From contig JAGVWX010000020.1 in the NCBI GenBank assembly GCA_018304105.1, positions 27,111 through 91,110 of the forward strand: a stretch of DNA of 64,000 nt, in the 5' to 3' direction. The translations under genes and the position numbers were made by a program. Below, piece after piece: positions 57,139-64,000 of the stretch. This DNA comes from Candidatus Pacearchaeota archaeon. GTDB taxonomy: Archaea > Nanobdellota > Nanobdellia > Pacearchaeales > GW2011-AR1. Within the stretch, counting starts at the first letter, position 1. Each line of letters begins with the position of its first letter. The notes beneath the pieces were generated by a model. That model was not told the DNA's origin. It made no database searches and saw nothing but the letters and a program-made list of their open reading frames with translations.

Positions 57139-58371
57139 GTGAATAAAAGAGAGATGAAATCGCTTGTGCTTTATCCTTACCCTATGGAATATGACGGCCA
57201 AAGTTTGCAAGGTCACTATCTTCTCAAGGGTTTGAAAGAAAATGGTGAAGACGCAGTTGCTTGCAGCAGGTACAATCAGGAAGACAAAAAAGTTTTTTAT
57301 GAGAAGTACAAGCCAGACGTTGTCTTCGGAATTGGATTCTGGGGCGATGTTCCTGAATTAGTAAGCCATCCGCTCGCAAATAAAATGACTCCCGTGCCCT
57401 GGCTCAACGCAAATGGCTGTGTTTTCAATTATCACGCTCTTCTAAATTCTCTTCCTTTGATTCTCGCAACAAGCAATTGGGTAAAAGCGACTTACATCCG
57501 CGACGGAATCAAGCCAGATAACATTCATGTCGCACCTATAGGCTATGATCCTGAAATATTTTATTCACGTCAGAGCTACGACCCTGAAGTCAGGCGAATG
57601 CGCAAAGAAGTTTTGGAAATTGAAGACGATGAGCTCATGATTCTCACAGCAGGAGGAGACGTAACAAGCAAGGGCGCGCAAGAAATGATAAAAGCAATTG
57701 CAAAAGTTCAAGACAAGTTGCCAAAATGGAAGTACGTCTTAAAGATTTGGCCGAGCAAATCTGCAAGAGAGCATGGAAGAGACGAAGAAAAACTAATTGC
57801 AGAATTAGGGTTGGACCCGGACAAATTTATTTACTTAAGCGAAAAATACGACCCACATAAAATGTCTTTACTTCTAAACTCTTGCGATATTTACGCCGCA
57901 CCGTCAAGAATTGAAGGATTCGGAATGATTCAGCTTGAAGCTCAGGCCTGTGGCAAGCCAGTCATATCTATAGACGTCGGCGGTCCAAGAGACACAATCA
58001 TTCCAAACGAAACAGGTTTCCTTGCAGATGTTGAATCAGAAATAAAATTAAACAGCGAATGGGTTTCGAAAAGAATGGGTTTCGAAACTCGCCATAGAAT
58101 AAAATTTCCAGAGCCAAAGACTTTTGCCTATCGTGCAAACATCGATCAGCTCGCTGAATCTCTGGTTAAATTGGCAACAGATTCAAAGCTTAGAAACAAA
58201 ATGGGCAAAGCCGCCGCTCAGCACGCTTACGACACTTTCAACTACCGAATAACTGCAAAGCACATCGCAGACCTCGTCAAGAAATATGTCCTTAAGGAAA
58301 AGCAGGCAGTATCAAGGCCAATAGACAATCCAGTGCATTCTTTCATAACAAAAAGAGTTTATCAAAGATAA
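57139..58371 (+). CDS. Glycosyltransferase family 4 (GT-B, retaining)
   Basis: C-terminal EX7E-type block SRIEGFGMIQLEAQACGKPVISIDVGGPRDTIIPNETGFLA. Confidence 0.8.
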   Translation: MNKREMKSLVLYPYPMEYDGQSLQGHYLLKGLKENGEDAVACSRYNQEDKKVFYEKYKPDVVFGIGFWGDVPELVSHPLANKMTPVPWLNANGCVFNYHALLNSLPLILATSNWVKATYIRDGIKPDNIHVAPIGYDPEIFYSRQSYDPEVRRMRKEVLEIEDDELMILTAGGDVTSKGAQEMIKAIAKVQDKLPKWKYVLKIWPSKSAREHGRDEEKLIAELGLDPDKFIYLSEKYDPHKMSLLLNSCDIYAAPSRIEGFGMIQLEAQACGKPVISIDVGGPRDTIIPNETGFLADVESEIKLNSEWVSKRMGFETRHRIKFPEPKTFAYRANIDQLAESLVKLATDSKLRNKMGKAAAQHAYDTFNYRITAKHIADLVKKYVLKEKQAVSRPIDNPVHSFITKRVYQR

Positions 58372-58549
58372 ATTTCTTTTTTACATTCTAGCATACAATG
58401 GAGTGAAAAACGAGCGAATAATATCTAAGCCCCATACTGTCCCGCCCAAGCTGTTATTAATTATCGTCGTAACATTAATTATTTTGGCTATCTTGTAAAA
58501 GCATTTCGCTTACCGCAAACTAATTAAATAATTTCATCAATCATACAGA

Positions 58550-59152
58550 ATGAAAAAAGCTTTAGTAATTGTTGCTCATCCCGACGACGAGACAATTTGG
58601 TCAGGCGGATTGATTTTGCAAAACCCAGACTGGAAATGGACAATCTTCTCTCTCTGCCGAGCTGACGATTCGGACCGTGCTCCAAAATTCAGAAAAGTTT
58701 GTGAATATTTCAAGGCAAAATCAGTCATCACAGACCTTGACGATAAATCAGACAAGCCGCTTTCATCAGAAAGAATTAAAGAAATGATTCTCTCTCGTCT
58801 GAAAGAAAAAAACTATGATTATATATTCACTCACGGTGCAAACGGCGAGTACGGCCATATCCGTCATCTCGATACCAACAAAGCAGTCACAGAGTTAGTA
58901 AAAGAAGAAAAACTCAAATGCGGAAAGCTCTGGTATTTTGCATACAGTCCCAGCAGGCAAAAATCGCTTCACGACCAGCAGACATTTATTCCAATAGCTG
59001 ACGAAAAAGCCGACATGCTCGTCAAGTTAACTTCAGAACAGCACAAAGAAAAATTAAATCTCATCACGGAATTTTATGGTTTCAAGCATCCAATCTTCGA
59101 GACAATGGCTGCAGGAAATGAAGAAGCCTTCAATTTAACCAAGCTCATTTAA
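58550..59152 (+). CDS. PIG-L/LmbE-family N-acetylglucosaminyl deacetylase
   Basis: N-terminal ALVIVAHPDDETIWSGG (the AHPDDE motif) and downstream HxxH (FTHGANGEYGHIRH). Confidence 0.75.
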   Translation: MKKALVIVAHPDDETIWSGGLILQNPDWKWTIFSLCRADDSDRAPKFRKVCEYFKAKSVITDLDDKSDKPLSSERIKEMILSRLKEKNYDYIFTHGANGEYGHIRHLDTNKAVTELVKEEKLKCGKLWYFAYSPSRQKSLHDQQTFIPIADEKADMLVKLTSEQHKEKLNLITEFYGFKHPIFETMAAGNEEAFNLTKLI

Positions 59153-59267
59153 GAAAAAGACCAGAAACTCATCCAATAGTATATCAAAACCCCACATCGA
59201 ATCGTTATAATAATGTTGGTGGGGTGGGGGGAACAAATAAATTTCAGTTAGATTTAGTTTGTAATAA

Positions 59268-60503
59268 CTAGAGAAGTAAAACTTCTTTCTTCATCAACGA
59301 CTCGTAAGCAAGAATGTACGCTCCAGCATTCCAGGCTTGGATTCCCCCATCGCTCGCTATCTTGCTTTTTCCGTGAATCCATTCGCTGAAATTCCAATCC
59401 AGTTTAGAGTTCGCTTCAGCAACTTTTTCAAGCTCTCGCTCGGCTTCATCAAACATCTTCATCTTAATCAACGCAGGAACATAAAAACTTCCTATAAAAG
59501 TCCAAACTCCTCCGTTCAAGTACGCATACGGCTCGCGTGCATCGCAATCTTCAAAATAATCGTGCCACTCTGCGCTTTTCTTTTCAATCGCCGGATAAAT
59601 CGCTTTCATCGGAAAAGGCTCGTTTATTTTTTTCTTTTTTATATAATCTAAAATCTTCTTAGCCTTCGCCGAATCAGCCAAATCAAAAACAATTGCCAGC
59701 AAATTTCCAAGCGAATCAAACCAATCCCCAATCTCTTTGTACTTCCCATGATTTTTCCATCGATAAGCAAGATAAAATTCTTCGTTCCACAATCCGTCTT
59801 CTTTATCTTCGTTAACAAGCTTCTTCAGTTTCTCAGCTTCCGCCTTTCTTCCTTCCAATAACAACACATAATAATAAAGCGCCTGCGTGTTTATCGTATA
59901 ACCATATCGATGGGGAAAAGCATCCTGCCAATCTGACGTCGGTAACTGCGCAAGCATTCCGTTCTCTCCGCTGTCCTGACAGGCAAGCCAGCTCATCGCC
60001 TTCTGAATATTCTCGCGATATTTCTCAAACAAGCTCGAGTCTTCGTATCTCTCTTTGTAAATATGCTGCCCGATTACATACCATAACGAAGAATCAATCG
60101 TCTTAAAATCAACATGCGGTTTCCTTTCAGCCCATTTGTCAACGCAATTAGGAATCTGTCCATTCTTGCTCTGGTTTTCGCTGAGCGTTATCAAACTCTG
60201 TTTGAACGTTTCTCTAAACTTCTCCCCGATTAAACTCGCCCCGAGAGAAGATATCATGCTGTCTCTAGACCAAACAGCAGTGTAACCATCAACTTCACCC
60301 GATGCGTAAAAGCCATGTTTAGTAGAACACTTTTCTAAGACACCTATCGCCCTTTCATAACATTCTTTTTTTATATCCATCTCTTCTCGCAATCTTTTTA
60401 GTTCTTTATTTAATTTAAACCTAATGGTATTATCTTCAGGCAACGAAAGTTTAAATAATTCCCAGCTCTTGCACCAATATGAAATTCCTCGTCCTTTACC
60501 CAT
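59268..60503 (-). CDS. Six-hairpin (alpha/alpha)6 glycoside hydrolase, glycogen-debranching/GH63/GH15-like
   Basis: 411 aa. Acidic/aromatic blocks TAVWSRDSMISSLGA, LPTSDWQDAF, YLNGGVWTFIG are typical of GDE_C/glucoamylase-like toroid hydrolases. Confidence 0.55.
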   Translation of the reverse strand: MGKGRGISYWCKSWELFKLSLPEDNTIRFKLNKELKRLREEMDIKKECYERAIGVLEKCSTKHGFYASGEVDGYTAVWSRDSMISSLGASLIGEKFRETFKQSLITLSENQSKNGQIPNCVDKWAERKPHVDFKTIDSSLWYVIGQHIYKERYEDSSLFEKYRENIQKAMSWLACQDSGENGMLAQLPTSDWQDAFPHRYGYTINTQALYYYVLLLEGRKAEAEKLKKLVNEDKEDGLWNEEFYLAYRWKNHGKYKEIGDWFDSLGNLLAIVFDLADSAKAKKILDYIKKKKINEPFPMKAIYPAIEKKSAEWHDYFEDCDAREPYAYLNGGVWTFIGSFYVPALIKMKMFDEAERELEKVAEANSKLDWNFSEWIHGKSKIASDGGIQAWNAGAYILAYESLMKKEVLLL

Positions 60504-61621
60504 ACCCTAGAAGCATAGACAGTCTCAGCTTGCAAGGGCATTATCTAGTGAAGGGCCTAAAAGAGCTCGGTCACGAAGTTCTCTCTTGCGACAGAAACAG
60601 CGAGGTGGAAAAGAGAAAGATTTATGAGACGTTCCATCCGGATGCTGTCATCGGCATCGGCTGCTGGAAAAACCTTCCTGAAACAATTCTCCACCCAAGC
60701 TCATTCGGAGTTCCGGCCGTTCCTTGGTTCAACGCAAACGGCTGGGTTGCAAACTACCACGAAGAACTTAACTCTCTCCCATTAATTCTCGCGACAAGCA
60801 ACTGGGTAAAATCAACTTACATGCGTGACGGAGTAGAAGGCGGCAATATTCATATTTGTCATATTGGCTTCGACCCAGAAATTTTCTTTCCGCAAGAAGA
60901 CAAGCAAAAGATAAATTCTGTAAGAAAAGATTTAGGAATTAAGGAAGACGAGATAATGATTTTCACAACAGGCGGGGATGTCACAAGCAAAGGCGCGCAG
61001 GAAATGTTCAAAGCACTCGCAGAAGTAAACAAGCAATTTAAAAATTGGAAATATGTCTTGAAAACGCTTCCAACATTCTCTGCATATGACCATGGAAAGA
61101 ACGAAGAAAAGTTAATTGAATCTCTTGGTTTAGATAAAAATAAATTCATTTATCTAAGAGAAGATTACTTCCCGGACAAAATGTCTGCGTTAATGCAGGC
61201 ATGCGATATTTATGCCGCGCCTTCAAGGTTGGAGGGTTTCGGCATGACTCAAGTTGAAGCAATGGCTTGCGGAAAGCCCGTAATTTCAATTAACGTCGGA
61301 GGTCCAAAGGATACAATCGTCCATGGCGAAACAGGCTTTCTCGCAGACGTCGCGTATGAACTAAAGTTAAGCAAGGAACTCGCCACAAAGTCAATGGGCT
61401 TCGACGAAGAGAAATACATCGAGTTCCCAATTCCAAAAACATTTGAATACCACGCAGACGTAGGCCAGCTCGCAGATTTCACTCTTCAGTTATGCCTAAA
61501 CAAATCTTTTCGGGAGCAAATGGGCAAAGCCGCAGCATCCCACGCTCTTGAAAACTTTCATTATAAGATTATTGCGCAGGAAATGGTTGAGCTGATTGAG
61601 AAGTTTGTTGTTAAGAATTAA
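60479..61621 (+). CDS. Glycosyltransferase family 4, paralog of the 57139 gene
   Basis: Same N-terminus (M..LVLYPYP...SLQGHYL.KGLKE.G) and C-terminal block SRLEGFGMTQVEAMACGKPVISINVGGPKDTIVHGETGFLA. Confidence 0.8.
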   Translation: MKFLVLYPYPRSIDSLSLQGHYLVKGLKELGHEVLSCDRNSEVEKRKIYETFHPDAVIGIGCWKNLPETILHPSSFGVPAVPWFNANGWVANYHEELNSLPLILATSNWVKSTYMRDGVEGGNIHICHIGFDPEIFFPQEDKQKINSVRKDLGIKEDEIMIFTTGGDVTSKGAQEMFKALAEVNKQFKNWKYVLKTLPTFSAYDHGKNEEKLIESLGLDKNKFIYLREDYFPDKMSALMQACDIYAAPSRLEGFGMTQVEAMACGKPVISINVGGPKDTIVHGETGFLADVAYELKLSKELATKSMGFDEEKYIEFPIPKTFEYHADVGQLADFTLQLCLNKSFREQMGKAAASHALENFHYKIIAQEMVELIEKFVVKN

Positions 61622-63885
61622 ACGTCCATCATGCTCAATCTTGCAAGAAGATAAGCGATAGTTGACTCTGCTCCCTGATTCAAATTAATAGTTCTCTCCC
61701 CAAGACCATCATGGCACCCCCCAGTCGTCTCATTGTAAACCATCTGCTTCAGAGTGTTCTCTCCGGTAAACCACCTGAATGCTTGGAAAGCGCTCTTCCT
61801 GTATTCTTCTGCCTTTGTTATCTTGTAAGCTGTAATCAACGTATCAACCATGTACGCCGCCTCAATCGGCTGCTGATCGTAATACTGTCTTTCTCCCCCT
61901 TCCTGGTACCAGCCGTTCTGCCCAATTGGAACAAAAATACCATTCTCAAATGTCTTTTCAATCAAAAATCTTAAGCTTTCATTCGCAACGTCCAAATATC
62001 TTTTCTTTCCAGTTACCGAATACGCATAAAAAAGCGCTTCCGAAAGTTTGCTGTTTCCGTAGGTCAGATATTTCTCAAACCATTTCCAGTTTGCATTGGA
62101 ACTGGCTTCATAAAGGCTGACTAGATAATTCGCAAACCTTATCACATGCTCTTTTGTTTCTTCGTGCTTCATCTTTTTTCCATAATGGTAAAGCCCTTGA
62201 ATAGTAAATGCAACAGCCCTCGGAGATTTTATTTTTTCAGCAGCCGCGAGCGCCCTCACAAAAATCTCATGAGCTTCTCTCTTGAAATCCGTAGGAATGT
62301 GCGGGGCATCAATCAAATAACCCAAGGCCCAAATCGCCCTGCCCTGCGCGTCCTCTCCCCAGCTGTTTTTATCAATATTCTTTTCTTCGTTGACAAAATT
62401 ATATAATTTCCCATCAGCATCTTGAACGTATTTGAAATAATTCAAATAAGTTCTAATCAAGTTCAACTGCTTGTATTCTCTGAACTTTTCAAAATGTTTC
62501 ACGCAAACCAGCAAAGCTCTCGCGTTATCATCGAGTGTATAGCCTGAAGAAACATCAGGAACCCATTGTTTTGAAAACTGAATAACTCCAAAACCATCCG
62601 TCAATCTCGCAAGATGTGTAGTATTTACTTTCGGCAGCATCCTCGCTTCTTCAGACTCAATATGAACGTAATGGTCGAACAACCCGCAGTACTTGAACGC
62701 AACATTTGGCCATGTCATCTCTCTCGTCTCGTGATAAGCGTGGCTTTCCATGCTCTTCCTCATCTCCGGGTCTTTCAGGATTTTAATTATTGCCTCGGAA
62801 AAAGATGCAGGATTATCAAACTCAGCAAGCAAGCCTTTCTTTTCATCAACTATGTCTTTGGCATGAATGAACGGCGTAGACACCACAGCCCTCCCGCAGC
62901 CCATCGCATAAGCCAGCGTTCCCGAGGTAATCTGGTTCGGATTTTGGCTCGGAGAAATGTAGACATCTGCCGCCTTGACATACCTGACTATTTCATCCAG
63001 TGTTACATATTTATTGTAGAACTTCACATGATTCTCAAGCTTCAGTTCTTTTATTATGTTAATGAGCTCATTTCGATACTGTTCGCCGGAATTTTTTCTT
63101 ACGACAGGATGCGTTTCTCCAACAATAATATAGACTAAATCTGGAAATTCCTTAACCACCTCTGGCAGAGAATTTATCACATCTTCGTAGCCCTTTCCCG
63201 GTCCAATCATCCCAAAAGAGCATATAACTTTCTTGTCAGGACAGCCTATTTTTGCCTTAGATTTGGCTTGGTCTTCAAAAGTAGTCGTAGGAATTCCGTG
63301 AGGGATGACACGAATCGGATTCTCCAGCCCATAGGTCTCCCTTAGAATGTTCACCCCGGATTTTGTCATCACAATTATGTCTTCGACCTTCTTTCCAATC
63401 TCTCTGACAACTCTCCAAAGCTTTTCGTTCGGGCTCGGCAGCACGCTATGAAATGTAACTACAATCGGCTTCTTTATTTTTTCCAGGAACATCAGCAGGT
63501 GATCGCCCCATTCTCCTCCAAAAATCCCGAACTCATGCTGAATGCAAATAAGCTTGACATCAGCCCGCCCGTTTATCCGTTCAGCGATTTCGATGTAATC
63601 ATTAAGATCGCTGTCGCTGACTTCATATTGGACTTTTTTTGGATAATTATAAATATTTACCCCGTTGTGGTTTATCGCAATAATTCCCGTATGAATCATA
63701 TTAGAAAGTTTTCTGTCAACTGCGCCAACAAGGTCTTTTGTAAACGTAGCAATGCCGCATTCTCTCGGAGGATATGTCCCCATAAAGAGAATAGTATCGT
63801 TGCCACCTCCATCTTTCATCTTTCTAACAGCCAGCTCAATTTTAAAAATCTTTTCATACTGATTAATTTTCCGACGGCAAATCAT
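61618..63885 (-). CDS. Bifunctional-looking protein: N-terminal GT4 glycosyltransferase fused to a C-terminal (alpha/alpha)6 glycoside-hydrolase-like domain; the start may be M23
   Basis: GT4 core (FGMIGPGKGYED...GETHPV...TSGTLAYAMGCGRAVVSTPF), then a ~330-aa domain with toroid-GH-like blocks (DDNARALLV, WGEDAQGRAIWALGY, YGNSKLSEALFYAY). Confidence 0.6.
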   Translation of the reverse strand: MICRRKINQYEKIFKIELAVRKMKDGGGNDTILFMGTYPPRECGIATFTKDLVGAVDRKLSNMIHTGIIAINHNGVNIYNYPKKVQYEVSDSDLNDYIEIAERINGRADVKLICIQHEFGIFGGEWGDHLLMFLEKIKKPIVVTFHSVLPSPNEKLWRVVREIGKKVEDIIVMTKSGVNILRETYGLENPIRVIPHGIPTTTFEDQAKSKAKIGCPDKKVICSFGMIGPGKGYEDVINSLPEVVKEFPDLVYIIVGETHPVVRKNSGEQYRNELINIIKELKLENHVKFYNKYVTLDEIVRYVKAADVYISPSQNPNQITSGTLAYAMGCGRAVVSTPFIHAKDIVDEKKGLLAEFDNPASFSEAIIKILKDPEMRKSMESHAYHETREMTWPNVAFKYCGLFDHYVHIESEEARMLPKVNTTHLARLTDGFGVIQFSKQWVPDVSSGYTLDDNARALLVCVKHFEKFREYKQLNLIRTYLNYFKYVQDADGKLYNFVNEEKNIDKNSWGEDAQGRAIWALGYLIDAPHIPTDFKREAHEIFVRALAAAEKIKSPRAVAFTIQGLYHYGKKMKHEETKEHVIRFANYLVSLYEASSNANWKWFEKYLTYGNSKLSEALFYAYSVTGKKRYLDVANESLRFLIEKTFENGIFVPIGQNGWYQEGGERQYYDQQPIEAAYMVDTLITAYKITKAEEYRKSAFQAFRWFTGENTLKQMVYNETTGGCHDGLGERTINLNQGAESTIAYLLARLSMMDV

Positions 63886-64000
63886 TCATCTAGGCAATCT
63901 TTTTCGCATCGCTTTATAACTAATTTTGTAAGCTCTCACAAAAGAATCGTTAACGTGCGCATACAAAATTCCATGCTCTGAATCGGCAGGAACAAACTCG

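Noticed and set aside
63448-63981. 177-aa plus-strand ORF at the window end
   Set aside because: It is antisense to the 5' part of the GT4-GH fusion gene. The region beyond 63885 may hold the start of another minus-strand gene, but too little sequence is available.

Overview
This 64-kb window looks like a low-GC archaeal chromosome segment, probably from a DPANN-type archaeon. Archaeal markers are present throughout: ribosomal proteins L10e, L35Ae, L7Ae, S28e and L24e, a thermosome, Kae1, an archaeal-type ThrRS, and an archaeal Toprim DnaG. Gene packing is tight, with many overlapping stop/start junctions. No rRNA, CRISPR array, transposase or integrase was found.

Several bacterial-type or mobile modules are embedded in this archaeal background:
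1. A bacterial-style queuosine tRNA-modification set (tgt, queA, queH) at 12.9-15.8 kb.
2. A gyrB / HD-hydrolase / gyrA operon at 42.5-50.9 kb, with an HNH-type intein in GyrB and a LAGLIDADG intein in GyrA. A free-standing LAGLIDADG endonuclease sits upstream, and its N-terminus copies the start of gyrB.
3. A roughly 9-kb, translationally coupled cell-surface operon at 26.5-35.6 kb. It encodes two Cys-rich secreted proteins, a 1266-aa membrane-anchored protein packed with N-glycosylation sequons, and then MoxR, DUF58 and a vWA protein.
4. Three unknown ~120-aa genes wedged into the otherwise conserved L7Ae-S28e-L24e ribosomal-protein cluster (40.7-42.1 kb).
5. Four tRNAs: Val-CAC, Val-TAC, Gly-GCC with an 83-nt intron, and Asp-GTC. 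Val-TAC and Asp-GTC each have nearby repeats of their own 3' end that look like integration or duplication scars.
6. An msrA gene interrupted by a single in-frame TAG at a conserved Gln codon.
7. A 606-aa OAS/CD-NTase-like nucleotidyltransferase.
8. A pair of paralogous Tyr-rich secreted proteins.
9. A glycosyltransferase / glycoside hydrolase / deacetylase cluster at the 3' end of the window.

The best candidates for an undescribed system are the surface operon (item 3) and the insertion into the ribosomal cluster (item 4).

All calls come from reading the sequence and ORF translations by eye; no database searches were run. Coordinates I derived by hand (tRNAs, repeats, inteins, small ORFs) may be off by 1-2 nt.
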